DNA of 64,000 bases from an uncultured Planctomycetota bacterium (GTDB lineage: Bacteria > Planctomycetota > Planctomycetia > Isosphaerales > Isosphaeraceae): NCBI GenBank assembly GCA_963823665.1, contig CAWGMQ010000004.1, positions 2,656,001 to 2,720,000 of the forward strand, written 5' to 3'. A program made the position numbers and the translations under genes. The notes beneath the pieces are model-generated. The model ran no database searches and was not told where the DNA came from. It saw only the letters and a list, made by a program, of their open reading frames with translations. Shown piece by piece: positions 19,873 to 30,221 of the stretch. Numbering within the stretch: position 1 is the first letter of the stretch; every line of letters starts with the position of its first letter.

Positions 19873-22664
19873 TAAAGCAGCCAGTGCCCGCATGGAACCA
19901 GAAGCGGTCGAACAAGAACAGCATCAACCAGGATGCCGACGACGAGCGCGAACCCGAGCTGGCGAAGCGAGCCCAGGGGACTGAGGATGAATGAGGCGAA
20001 GCTGCTGGCGGTGATCAGCGCGGCCGAGCTGATCAATCCGCCCGTCTGGCCGATCGCGCGGATAATACCGGTCCGCAAGCCATTTCGCCTCGATTCCTCG
20101 TTGAGCCTCGTCATCAAAAAGACGTTGTAGTCGACGCCCACGGCGATGAGGAGCACGAAGAGGAAATACGGCACTTTCCAGTCGAGGCCTTCCGCGCCCA
20201 AGAGAGTTACAAACACCAGATGGGTCGCTCCGAGCGCGAAGGCGTAGGTAAGTACCATGGTCGCCACCAAGTTGAGGCACGCGAGCGGGTCGCGGAGCGC
20301 GACGATCAAGACCAGGAACACGCCGATCGGAACGATGAACCAGCTCTGGACCTGATCGTTATAGGTCAGGGCCCGAATATCGGCTGATTCGGCGTTTGCG
20401 CCGGCAATCCTGGCGGTGACACGAATACCCTGATACTCGCTCAGATAGTCATTCAGCCTGTGCCTCAGGGTCAGGACCTGGTCCATCGCGTCGTGTGAGA
20501 ACATCCGGTCATCCTGGGTCAAGTCGATTCGCGCATGGCGACCGTCGGGCGCGATATAGGCGGCGAAGCTGCGCAGCAGCTCTGGATAGTCATTTACCGT
20601 TCGGTCGTCGACCAGAAGGCGATCGAGGGCTCGCCGCCCGACAGGATCGTTGAGGATGGCGGTTACTTCCCGGTTGGCCCGCAAGGCTCCGTCAGCGATC
20701 TGTGCGGCTCCGTCGGCGGCACGCAAGAGCTCCCGAAGCAGCGTCTCTTGTGGCTTCGGAGCGGAGGACTCTTGGGCAGGGTCCTGGCGCAACTCGCTTT
20801 GCGGCGTTTCCTGGCTGGCCCAGGTCGCGGCGCCGGTCGGAGCCGAACTTCTCGACTGGGCCATGCTCGGGAGCGAGTCAGTGCCCTTTCCGCTGTCTTT
20901 GACAGATTCAAACGCACGCTTGAGTGCCGGGAGATTCCAGGTGACGGGCATTCCAGGGCTGATCTGAAGCACGGCTCTAGCTTGTTTCAGGCCCGATGCC
21001 AGTGTCTCGCGGGTGTGGGCCCGGCTTATTGCGGCGTCGGATTTGGGCTCGATTGCGGGCATTGGTTTGCCGGTGAGCGTAAGCCCGGTCCTCTCTTCGA
21101 GCCAGAGCGCAGTCCGGAGCTTGACTGCTCCTTCAGCGAGACCCTTGTGGAGCAGTCCGGCACCGTCGGAGAGCTTTTGAAAGCCATCGTTGACCTCGCC
21201 CAGTCGCGAAGCCAAACGGGCACGTGCCAGGGGCTGCGGGCTACCCAAGGGCTGGGTCGCGGAGCGCACTTCGCTCAGCCGGCGCTGGTGCGCAAGCAGA
21301 CGGCTCACGTCATCGATCAAGGCCAAGCCTGTCGAGGAATGCAAGTCGGTGTCCGACTCGAGCACGACTGTCAACGGAGCGAGCATTCCCGGGTCGAACT
21401 TCGAGGCCACCAGGCCAAAATCGCGCACCGAGGCCGTGTCCTCTTGCATCTCGCTCAGAAGATCCTGAATAAAATGAGTTCGCAATCCCAAGATTGAGAG
21501 CGGCACCATTGCAAGCACTGTGAAGACCCAACTCCAGAGCGGACGCGCCATTACCGTGCGCCCGAGTCTGTCCCAGAACACCCTTCTTGTGCCGGCAAGT
21601 CCGTCGAACGATCGCGGATGAATCCGGGCCAGCAGTACCAGCAGGGCAGGGGTCAGCGTCAAGGTAGCGACCAAGGCCACCACCAGGCTTAGCGCCACGC
21701 TTGGTCCCGTGCTCGAAAACAACTTGAACCTGGTTGCCCCCATCAGCAGAAGCCCGATGATGATGGTGCCCGCGCTCGTGACCAGCGCCCCGACCGAACG
21801 CGCCAGCGTCACCCGCATCGAGGCAGCCGGCTTATTCGCATTCAAGTGCTCGGCGTACCGCCACGACAAGAACAGACAGAAATCGGTGCCGGTTCCGAAC
21901 AGAATCGCGATGAGGAAGAGCTCTACCAAGGGAGAGAGCTCCCAGCCCGCGAGCATCATCCAGGCCAGCATTCCGCGCGAGATCACCAGCGATGCGCCGA
22001 TCGTCGCGAGCGGGACGAGTGCCAGCCAGAATGAACGATAGACCGCCAGCAGCACGCACAAGAGCAACGCGACCGTTGCCACCGCTGCACGGTCCAGGGA
22101 GGTCTGAACGCTGGCCATGTAATCCCGGCCGATCACCGCGTCACCGGTCCACCGGATCTCGAGGCCCGGGGGAGGGGAAAAACCATCCTCTTTCAACTGG
22201 CGTTCCATCCAGGCGACCACGTCGTGAGATGCGGGCGCGACGAACGACGACGAAAGCATGGCCGCCACGAGTGAGACTGTTCCGTCCTCGCTCATCAGTC
22301 GCGCGGCGATCTCGGGCGTGGAATTTGGACCGAGGACGCTCGCGATTGCAACAGGTCGCCCCGCGCCCTGCAAGCGCTGCGCAAGACGGCTGGCATACTG
22401 GCGATCAGCCTCGGTGAGACCATCAGGCCGGTGCAAGATCACCACGGCCATTGCGTCGTACGCTTGGTCGGGCCAAGATCGATTGACCACTTCGGCTGCG
22501 CGCAGACTCTCTGCGTCCGCGGGAAGCATCGAGGCTTGAGCCTCAGCCGCCAGCCTGGTCAGATTCGGGGAAAAACAACCAATTGCCGCCGCCACGCCCA
22601 GCCAGATCGTCGTGACCCACGCCGGCCGTCGACTCACGAAAGTCCGAATCGCATCCTGCGCCAT
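19812..22664 (-). CDS. MMPL family (RND) transporter
   Basis: AGGAG RBS before ATG 22664; two MMPL halves with FGTGTDFCLF and AVGVDYNVFL; internal 'L.DGA..L' helical repeats. Confidence 0.88.
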   Translation of the reverse strand: MAQDAIRTFVSRRPAWVTTIWLGVAAAIGCFSPNLTRLAAEAQASMLPADAESLRAAEVVNRSWPDQAYDAMAVVILHRPDGLTEADRQYASRLAQRLQGAGRPVAIASVLGPNSTPEIAARLMSEDGTVSLVAAMLSSSFVAPASHDVVAWMERQLKEDGFSPPPGLEIRWTGDAVIGRDYMASVQTSLDRAAVATVALLLCVLLAVYRSFWLALVPLATIGASLVISRGMLAWMMLAGWELSPLVELFLIAILFGTGTDFCLFLSWRYAEHLNANKPAASMRVTLARSVGALVTSAGTIIIGLLLMGATRFKLFSSTGPSVALSLVVALVATLTLTPALLVLLARIHPRSFDGLAGTRRVFWDRLGRTVMARPLWSWVFTVLAMVPLSILGLRTHFIQDLLSEMQEDTASVRDFGLVASKFDPGMLAPLTVVLESDTDLHSSTGLALIDDVSRLLAHQRRLSEVRSATQPLGSPQPLARARLASRLGEVNDGFQKLSDGAGLLHKGLAEGAVKLRTALWLEERTGLTLTGKPMPAIEPKSDAAISRAHTRETLASGLKQARAVLQISPGMPVTWNLPALKRAFESVKDSGKGTDSLPSMAQSRSSAPTGAATWASQETPQSELRQDPAQESSAPKPQETLLRELLRAADGAAQIADGALRANREVTAILNDPVGRRALDRLLVDDRTVNDYPELLRSFAAYIAPDGRHARIDLTQDDRMFSHDAMDQVLTLRHRLNDYLSEYQGIRVTARIAGANAESADIRALTYNDQVQSWFIVPIGVFLVLIVALRDPLACLNLVATMVLTYAFALGATHLVFVTLLGAEGLDWKVPYFLFVLLIAVGVDYNVFLMTRLNEESRRNGLRTGIIRAIGQTGGLISSAALITASSFASFILSPLGSLRQLGFALVVGILVDAVLVRPLLVPCGHWLLYQLTRPRYSPVRVSTRTISP

Positions 22665-23100
22665 TACAATGTCACTCCTGTGACCGCCAGTCTTGTCACT
22701 ACTCAGTGTTGCCGTCGGGCCGGGCGACCCGTTTCTCCCGAGCGAGCCTGTGCGACACGTCGCAGTCACCAACAACACTCGCTCGGCAACGCCCCCGGAA
22801 GCGAATGAGCTTGGTGCGGAAGGGTCAACATCGCCCTTGTTTCAAGGAAGCGAAGATCAGGAATTTACAAAGATCGGGGAATCTAGGAAACATTTGATTC
22901 CTGGTGGGCTATTCACTATAGGCCTTTCGGCGCATGGATCAAGAACAGTATTCAGGCGGTTCCCCCGATCAAGAAACTGCGTGTGGGCGGTAACGGTGTA
23001 GGCTATTCAGGTCGGAGCGGCGCGTTTGGGCGCAACGACGAGCGGACGATTGTGCGGCAGTGCTATTGGTGGTGAGCGGGACCGAGTACGACGAGCGAGC

Positions 23101-23502
23101 TCAGCACGGTTTCTGCATCTCGACCAGTTGCCATTTGAAGCCGTCAGGATCTGTCACCGCGAACATGATCGCTCCCCAAGGTTGATGAGCCAAGTCGGTT
23201 GGTTGGGCGCCGGCGGCCTTGATTCGCTCATGCTGCTGCTGTGCATCGTCGATATGGAGAGCCAATTCAAAGCGTACGGGGGGTTTTGACGCGTCCTCCG
23301 CCGGCTGTAAGCCGATCCGCGAAGCGCCGACTCGCAACTCGGCATAATCGGGTTTTCCGGCTCCGCGCCATTCCTGCGAGGCGGTCTTTGATACCGGGTC
23401 CCAGTAGCCCTGGAAGTGGAAGCCGAAGACATCTTTGTAAAACCGAACGCTTTTCTCGACATCGGCCACGAACAAGTTCACCTGCAATGCTGGGTTGCTC
23501 AT
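23101..23502 (-). CDS. VOC/glyoxalase family protein
   Basis: Motifs LFVADVEKSVRFYKDVFGF, QPWG and DPDG. Confidence 0.85.
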   Translation of the reverse strand: MSNPALQVNLFVADVEKSVRFYKDVFGFHFQGYWDPVSKTASQEWRGAGKPDYAELRVGASRIGLQPAEDASKPPVRFELALHIDDAQQQHERIKAAGAQPTDLAHQPWGAIMFAVTDPDGFKWQLVEMQKPC

Positions 23503-23573
23503 GTTCTGTGTCCTTGTTTGATTCGACGAACTAATTCAAATGGGGACGGTGGCAATCGGTCTTGTTGCGAACT

Positions 23574-24011
23574 TCACCGGCTATCGTGGTGACAGGGAAC
23601 GACACGGTCTTCGAGGTTGGCGGCGAGTCGCTCGTGCACGATCCTTTTCCATCCTCCCGAGAGGAACAATCTGGTGAAAAAGCCGCTGATGCCCTTGAAG
23701 CCGGAGTGTTCCATGCGGAGCCGGGTGCCCTCGGCGACGGGTTCGAGGGTCCATGTGACGACCGTGTTGTGGCCGCCGCCGCCCCACGTGTAGGCCAGGC
23801 GTCTGGGCTCGTCGAGCTCGATGACCCGGCAACGCACGATTCCATCAAAGCCCGGCGCCGGCTTGGTGCGAAACGTAAATTCGTGGTGAAGAACGGGCTG
23901 GAAGTCGTTTTCCATGAGCCAGCCGGCCAGGGCCGAGCTGTCTGTCAAAGCCCTCCAAATTCGGTCGGGTGGATAGGCGAAGACTCGCTCCATGACAATC
24001 GGGCGGCTCAT
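23574..24011 (-). CDS. SRPBCC (AHSA1/START-like) domain protein
   Basis: Motifs IWRALTD..LAGWLM, RLAYTW and GTRLRMEHSGF; coupled to the ArsR gene (ATGA overlap). Confidence 0.88.
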   Translation of the reverse strand: MSRPIVMERVFAYPPDRIWRALTDSSALAGWLMENDFQPVLHHEFTFRTKPAPGFDGIVRCRVIELDEPRRLAYTWGGGGHNTVVTWTLEPVAEGTRLRMEHSGFKGISGFFTRLFLSGGWKRIVHERLAANLEDRVVPCHHDSR

Positions 24012-24331
24012 TCGTTCTCCTTCAGGTGCGTTTCAAGAGCATCGAAGCGCTCGGCCCAGAATGCCTTGTAGACGGCCACCCAATCGTGCACGGGCTGAAG
24101 TGACCGGGCATGAAGACGATAGAATCGGTGCCTGCCGGCTTGCCGTACCTTCACGAGACCGACCTCTCGCAGCACGCGCAAGTGTTGAGAGATCGCCGGA
24201 ATCGAGACGGCGAAATCGCTCGCCAGCTCGGTGACGCTGCGGTCCCCCGCCCGTAGAATTTCCACGAGCTTTCGCCTGGTCGGGTCGGCGATCGCGGTAA
24301 AGATGTCCGGGTGTGCGAGCGGTCGAACCAT
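24008..24331 (-). CDS. ArsR/SmtB family transcriptional regulator
   Basis: Motifs FTAIADPTRR and SIPAISQHLRVLREVGLV. Confidence 0.92.
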   Translation of the reverse strand: MVRPLAHPDIFTAIADPTRRKLVEILRAGDRSVTELASDFAVSIPAISQHLRVLREVGLVKVRQAGRHRFYRLHARSLQPVHDWVAVYKAFWAERFDALETHLKENE

Positions 24332-24337
24332 GGAGTA

Positions 24338-24365
24338 AGTTTAAGTTGTTACTTAAGTTTGTCAA
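24338..24365 (-). promoter_or_regulatory. Leaderless sigma70 promoter with overlapping palindromic operator for the ArsR operon
   Basis: Minus strand reads TTGACA-N16-TAAACT-N6-ATG; palindrome TTAAGT-N4-ACTTAA at 24341-24356. Confidence 0.7.
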
Positions 24366-24477
24366 GGGCTGGTGCCAGAGTGAGGCGTATCCGGCTGCTG
24401 GGATTGGTTCGGACATCAAATCCCGGCGGTTCGAGCGAAGTCCTGGCGCGTCACGAACATGCTGTTGCCAGACCCGC

Positions 24478-24996
24478 ATGATTCTGCTATCAAACCCGTC
24501 CCCTCCCGTGCGAGGTCATCGAGTTCGACAAAATGGAGTGAGTGTGCCCGCGGGCTCGGGTGATCTCCTTCTTCGATTGAAGATGGCCCCCGCGCAGCAA
24601 AAGACCACCGAGCCAGCGCCGGCCGTCCCGCGGTCCGCCTCCAAGCCCGTCGATTCCACCGCCGACAAGGACGAACAGATCAGGAAGACGATCGTCGGTG
24701 CCGGGTCGTTGAACGACTCGCAGGGCAACTTGAGCCTGGTTTTCCGTGCTGACGGCACGTTTGCGGCGACCCGGACGTGGCGGAGTGGCCTCAAGCGATT
24801 ATTTGAGGGGGACACCACGACTTCCGAAGGGCGCTGGACCTACAGTCGCGGGCTTCTGGACGCATTCGTCACGAGCACCATGGACCCCAAGCTGCTAGCC
24901 CGTAACTATAACTACTGGGTCCAGTCGGTCGGTGACAATACGATCGTCGTGAAAACGCTCTTCGGTCAGCTCCGCACGGCGCGCCGGCTTCGCTGA
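24478..24996 (+). CDS. Hypothetical protein with a small beta-barrel-like C-terminal domain; 5' end uncertain
   Basis: Segments 'LVFRADGTF' and 'EGRWTY'; the N-terminus looks frameshifted. Confidence 0.4.
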   Translation: MILLSNPSPPVRGHRVRQNGVSVPAGSGDLLLRLKMAPAQQKTTEPAPAVPRSASKPVDSTADKDEQIRKTIVGAGSLNDSQGNLSLVFRADGTFAATRTWRSGLKRLFEGDTTTSEGRWTYSRGLLDAFVTSTMDPKLLARNYNYWVQSVGDNTIVVKTLFGQLRTARRLR

Positions 24997-25041
24997 TTCT
25001 TCGCTGACGTGTCGGGGTTGGCGGGCCGGAGCTGGTTTTAA

Positions 25042-25410
25042 TCAGTCGCAGGCCAAAGCCTGGAGCGAGGATTCCTCGTCGTCGTCGATCTCAACGACGA
25101 GAGGAAGACCAACGATGTCGCCCCCGACTCGCACGTCGCGGTGCATGTTGCAGAAGCGCACCGGGCGGCCTCGCTCCTTGGCGTATTTCACGAGCTTGAA
25201 AAGCGCCGCATATCCCATGCTGCTGAAGTGCCTCGCGCAGCTCAAATTCAACAGAATCGGACTGCTCTGGTCCTGCTCGACGACCGCCATGAGCTCGGCG
25301 ATGAACTCCTTCGCCAGGTCTGGGCCTTGAATGTCCTTGCACGTGAGCTCGATGACCACGACACCATGGGGATTTCGCAGGCGGAAGTGTTTGAATTCAG
25401 GAGTAAACAT
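25042..25410 (-). CDS. STAS domain anti-sigma factor antagonist
   Basis: ILLNLSCARHFSSMGYAALFKL and VRFCNM; about 120 aa. Confidence 0.8.
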   Translation of the reverse strand: MFTPEFKHFRLRNPHGVVVIELTCKDIQGPDLAKEFIAELMAVVEQDQSSPILLNLSCARHFSSMGYAALFKLVKYAKERGRPVRFCNMHRDVRVGGDIVGLPLVVEIDDDEESSLQALACD

Positions 25411-25509
25411 CACCGGGCCCTTTGTGGCGTATCTTTCGGGTTGTCGACGGCAAGACACATGACCGTCGATGAAAAATAGCTTCTCGATTCTGACGATCCG
25501 AGCCTTCAA

Positions 25510-26070
25510 TCAGCCGAAGACCCAGCTCACGTCGACTCGCCAGCCGGGAAGGTGGGGCTCGGCGTCGGCGATCTGGCCTTTCACGAGCGTGTGGGGCGTG
25601 GTGGGGCTCTCGGATCGGTAAACGTGAATGCATTCGGCAACGGGATCGACGTCCCATACTACCTGGCTTCCGGCCTCGAAATAGTCGGCGCGCTTCGCGG
25701 CCATCTCTTCCTCGGCGGATGTGCCGTAATCACCTTCGCTACGAACTTCGACGGCTAGAAGCGGAGGCCCATCGACGAAGCGCATCGGATCAGGAGGGAA
25801 TGGTCCAAGATGGACGGAGGCATCGAGGGCGAAGGATTCGCGACCGGAGGAGAGCCGGGGAACAGCGAATCCGAAGTTGTCGGGAAATGCCTCGCCGTGC
25901 CCGGTCGACGTGACGTAGTCGTCGAGGCTGCGGTAGATGCGGCCCCCGACGCGACCCGGTTTTCGGCCGGTTGGCATGAGCAAGATGATCCTTCCGTCGA
26001 TCAACTCGGCTTTGTCAGAGACGCGGGCGAGGTCGTCGAGCGTTGCAGGGGTTTGAACGGTTGCCATCAC
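25510..26070 (-). CDS. Uma2 (DUF820) family endonuclease-like protein
   Basis: Motifs ELIDG, PLLAVEVRS and KRADYFEAG..VVWDVDP. Confidence 0.88.
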   Translation of the reverse strand: MMATVQTPATLDDLARVSDKAELIDGRIILLMPTGRKPGRVGGRIYRSLDDYVTSTGHGEAFPDNFGFAVPRLSSGRESFALDASVHLGPFPPDPMRFVDGPPLLAVEVRSEGDYGTSAEEEMAAKRADYFEAGSQVVWDVDPVAECIHVYRSESPTTPHTLVKGQIADAEPHLPGWRVDVSWVFG

Positions 26071-26240
26071 GGGATCCCAATACGCGTGAATTTCCGCGAG
26101 CGCGCGGCGGTATCAGTTCATTATACATTTCCAATGCTCGCGCCGCGGGTTGATTTCCCAGGGTGCCCGGTCCAAAATGATTGCACGCCCGGCCATCGTG
26201 CCGGCGCCGCGCGAGCTTGCCCCGTCGGAGTCAGTCGTCA

Positions 26241-27752
26241 ATGAACTCGTTCAACGCCCAGGAATTCGGGTTTGAGGATCCGCCACCACGACCCACGACG
26301 CCTCCGGTGCGCCGGGGATTCCTGGTGGTGCTCTTTGTCCTCTGCGTGGCGGCGCTGGCTGTATATGGGTCGATTTACGTTACCGAGCGGATCAGCTATG
26401 CCTGGGAAGCTGGCCGTGCTCGCGCGGATGCCGAAGTGCTGGCGAAGCTTGACCAAGGGGAAATCGTCAATCGCGCTTCGCTCCTCTTCCGGATGGCAAC
26501 CAACTCCGTGTCACCGGCGGTGGTGAAGGTTCAGTCGCTCCGGTTGAGACGAGGGGGCGACGGAGTGCCCGGGCTGCCGATTGCCGGGGGCAACCGGTTG
26601 TCGCCCGGTTTGCAGAGCGCGGAGCTTGGCTCAGGGGTGATCATCGACAAGGCGCGGGGGTATATCGTCACGAACAACCACGTCGTGAGAGATGCCGACC
26701 GGATCATCGTGCGGCTGGGCCCGCGCAACGACGTGCCGGCCGACCTGGTGGGCGAAGACCCCAAATCGGACCTGGCGGTGATCAGGGTGAAGGCCGATCT
26801 GGCCGTGGAGGCCCAGTGGGGCGATTCGGAAAAGCTCGAGATCGGGGAGTGGGTGCTGGCGATTGGCAGCCCGCTCGGCCTGGACCGCTCGGTCACGGCG
26901 GGGATTGTGTCCGCGACCGAGCGAAACGACGTCGGATCCTCGGAGTATCAATCCTATATCCAGACCGACGCCGCGATCAATCCAGGCAACTCCGGCGGAC
27001 CGCTCATCAACCTGGCGGGGAAGGTTGTCGGGATCAACACGGCCATCATCAGTCAGTCGGGCGGCTATGAGGGAATCGGGCTGGCCATTCCTTCGGCGAT
27101 GGCGCGTCGCGTCGTCGAAAGCTTGATCAAGGAGGGCAAAGTCGTCCGCGGATATCTCGGGGTTTTCATCAAGGCGATCGACAAGGCAGAGGCGGACAAG
27201 CTGGGCCTTCCAAGTAATCGCGGAGCGCTTATTACCGAGGTGCAGCCCGACGGCCCGGCCGACCGCGCGGGCCTGAAGGCGAACGACGTCGTGGTGAAGC
27301 TCGCCGGGCATGAAATCGCCGATCCCAGCGGTTTAAAGAACGTGACCTCGAGCCTCGACGTCGGCGCGGAGGTTGCGGTGCAGTTCTATCGTGCAGGCGA
27401 AGCGAAGTCGGTACAGGTCAAGATCGTGGAAATGCCACCTGCCCCTGAGGTACTGGCGATATTCGGGTTCGGCGTTCGTGAACGCCGGGACACCGGCGAC
27501 GGTCAAGGCCCAGCGATCGAGGTTGACCAGGTGATTACCGGTGGTCCCGCGTTCGTGGAGAAACTGCGCCCTGAGACGCGGATTCTGGCCGTCGGCGACA
27601 GACCGCCGGTTCCGGTGAGAACGCTTCTGGAATTCGAAGTCGCCGTGAAAAAGATCGATGTGAGGCGAGGTCTGCCATTGATCGTGCAATCGGGGGAAGG
27701 CCAACCCCGCGCCGTGCGGCTCTCGAGCAGCCGATTCCGGGACCAACCGTAA
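26241..27752 (+). CDS. HtrA/DegP-like serine protease with PDZ domains
   Basis: N-terminal TM; catalytic triad motifs TNNHVV, SDLAV and IQTDAAINPGNSGG; PDZ motif GYLGV. Confidence 0.93.
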   Translation: MNSFNAQEFGFEDPPPRPTTPPVRRGFLVVLFVLCVAALAVYGSIYVTERISYAWEAGRARADAEVLAKLDQGEIVNRASLLFRMATNSVSPAVVKVQSLRLRRGGDGVPGLPIAGGNRLSPGLQSAELGSGVIIDKARGYIVTNNHVVRDADRIIVRLGPRNDVPADLVGEDPKSDLAVIRVKADLAVEAQWGDSEKLEIGEWVLAIGSPLGLDRSVTAGIVSATERNDVGSSEYQSYIQTDAAINPGNSGGPLINLAGKVVGINTAIISQSGGYEGIGLAIPSAMARRVVESLIKEGKVVRGYLGVFIKAIDKAEADKLGLPSNRGALITEVQPDGPADRAGLKANDVVVKLAGHEIADPSGLKNVTSSLDVGAEVAVQFYRAGEAKSVQVKIVEMPPAPEVLAIFGFGVRERRDTGDGQGPAIEVDQVITGGPAFVEKLRPETRILAVGDRPPVPVRTLLEFEVAVKKIDVRRGLPLIVQSGEGQPRAVRLSSSRFRDQP

Positions 27753-28101
27753 TCGAGAAGGAAGTGCGGTTCATCGCGGGAACGGTGAAAGCGGCCGTCG
27801 CACTGGTTCGCGCGGCGCCGCATGCAAGATCCGATGAATCACATCGCAATCCGGTCCCACTAGGACTTGACTTAGACACTTGGTTTGCAAGACGCCAATG
27901 GGTAGGCGATTCCGAGAATGTGAGGAAATGGATAAGGAATTCTGACGCGCGGAAAGGTGGATGAGGGGATGTGAAATGGAGTGATCTGGCGATGGAAGCG
28001 AGTGTAGGGGTGGGGTCGGCGAGCCCCTTGATGTTACTTAAATGCTAAAATCGTGCCGTTTTACAAAGACGACCAAGTTGTCGGCAGAGAGCCTCCAAAA
28101 C

Positions 28102-28129
28102 TTGACCATAAGTTGGGGAGGGTTATAAT
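28102..28129 (+). promoter_or_regulatory. Putative sigma70 promoter of dnaG-rpoD
   Basis: TTGACC-N16-TATAAT. Confidence 0.55.
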
Positions 28130-28256
28130 TTGGTTGAAATCGCCGCCGACCAAGGGGCGTGGTTGTGTGGGGGTTTCGTGAGGTCGGACACTTTGTTCGG
28201 CTCTGGGGACTTGGACATTGGAGCCGGGCCTGAGCCCTTACGGTCAGGAGTTCCCG

Positions 28257-30133
28257 GTGCCCCGCCACTCCGAAGCGACTAAATCCGCCATTAAAGACCG
28301 GACTGATATTGTCGCCTTGGTGGGCGAGTATCTCGCCTTGCGCCGGGTGGGATCCAAGTACAAGGCGCTCTGTCCGTGGCATAACGACCGTAATCCGTCC
28401 CTTGAAGTGAACCCCGAGCGCCAGTCGTTCAAGTGCTGGGTGTGCGGAGTGGGGGGGGACGTGTTCGATTTCGTGAAGAATTACGAGCGCGTTGAGTTTC
28501 CCGAGGCGTTGCGCATGCTGGCCGAGCGAGCGGGGGTTACCCTGGAGAGCACAACGTCGACGGCATCGGCGACGCAGGGTCCTTCGAAGACGCAGCTTTA
28601 TGAGGTGCACGCGTGGGCAGAGGAGATTTTTGCCAAGCAGCTTTCGGTTGCGGCGACGGTTCAAGATTATCTTGACCAGAGGGGATTGACGCGGCAGAGT
28701 ATCGAGCGCTTTCGACTGGGATATGCTCCGGTTGAGCGCGGCTGGCTTCTGGCGGAGGCGAGGCGTAAGCGCTACAGCATTGATCTGCTCGTCGAGGCGG
28801 GACTTGCTTCGCATCCCTCTGAACCTGGCGGCTCGGTGCGCGAGCGGTTTTGGGGGCGGCTGATTTTCCCGATCCACGATGACCGCGGGCGTGCGATCGC
28901 ATTCGGCGGAAGAGTTTTGCCGGAGGTCGAAGAAAAGCAAGCCAGCCAGGGCAAGGGTGTCGCCAAGTATCTGAATAGCCCCGAGACGGTTTTATTTCAC
29001 AAACGAACGGTGTTGTACGCGGCTGACCTGGCTCGAACGGCGAGCCGGGAAGCCGGTTGGGTTGCGGTGGTTGAGGGATACACGGATGTCATCGCCGCGC
29101 ACCAGGTAGGGCTTTCCAATGTTGTGGGGACGCTAGGCACTGCGCTGGGAGAGGACCATCTTCGAGCGCTGCGACGGCTGGCTGATCGAGTGGTGCTGGT
29201 TTACGACGCCGATGCCGCGGGGCAGTTGGCGGCCGATCGTGCCCTTGAATTCTTCCTGGGAAGCGACTTCGACTTGAGGGTGCTCACACTGCCGGCGAAT
29301 CTTGACCCATGTGACTTTCTTCTTGATGAAGGGGCCGAGGCGTTTCGCAGGCTGGTTGAGCAAGCTGCGGATCCGCTTTCCTACCTGCTGTCTCGAGCGA
29401 CCGTGCGTTTCGAGCTGGGGACGCCGGAGGGATCGCGGCGGGCTGCTGAATGGATTCTTGGGCTGATGAACAACATTCCGGCGACGCATCAGATCGGTCT
29501 GGAAGTCAAACAGGCCAAGTTGCTTGACACCCTATCACAGCGGCTTCGGGTGCCGATCGACGTGCTCAATCGTATGCGACGGCAGTTGCGGCGGCCGGCG
29601 GCCAATTCGGCCCCGGCCAAGCTTGAGCCGGCGATGGCAGTCGCCTCGGAGCAAATGGGGAGGCCGGCGATCCGTCGCCAGGGGCGAGCAACATTCGCCA
29701 GAACGAACTGAACCGCACCGATCTGGAGTTGATCCAGGTCGTGCTCGGGGAGCCGGAGGCAATCAAATGGCTGTTGCCGCGGCTGTGCCCGTCGGCCCTC
29801 AAAGATGCACCTGTGCGGGAAATCCTTCAGTTGTGCTACGACCTTCAGAACGAAGGTGAAACTCCGAGCTACGAGAATCTCATGGTCCGGCTCGAAGATC
29901 CGGCGATCCGCTCGTTGGCGGCAAGCTTGATCGCCGAGTCGGCCCTGAGCACGCCCGATCCGGCCAGGTTCCCGGACAGCGTGCATTTTCGTCCTGCTCC
30001 CTGGCGTGAGCGGCTTGATCGGATCTTGCTTGTGCTTGGCGAGCGCGAGCGGCAGGCTCGGTTGAACGAGTTGAAACGCTCGCTTGACGAGACTGATCAA
30101 CATGCCAACGCAGATGCTTATCGTGCGATATAA
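28257..30133 (+). CDS. dnaG: DNA primase (frameshift near 29690)
   Basis: AGGAG RBS then GTG; CHC2 finger CPWH...CWVC; KYLNSPET; Toprim motifs VEGYTD and YDADAAG; lies upstream of rpoD. Confidence 0.93.
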
Positions 30134-30221
30134 TTGGAATATCTACGACTCTTAACCAGCGGTCGGACACGCAAATCCTAGCGGGTCGGGATCCGTCGTT
30201 TTGTGCGGGGGAGGATTTGGG

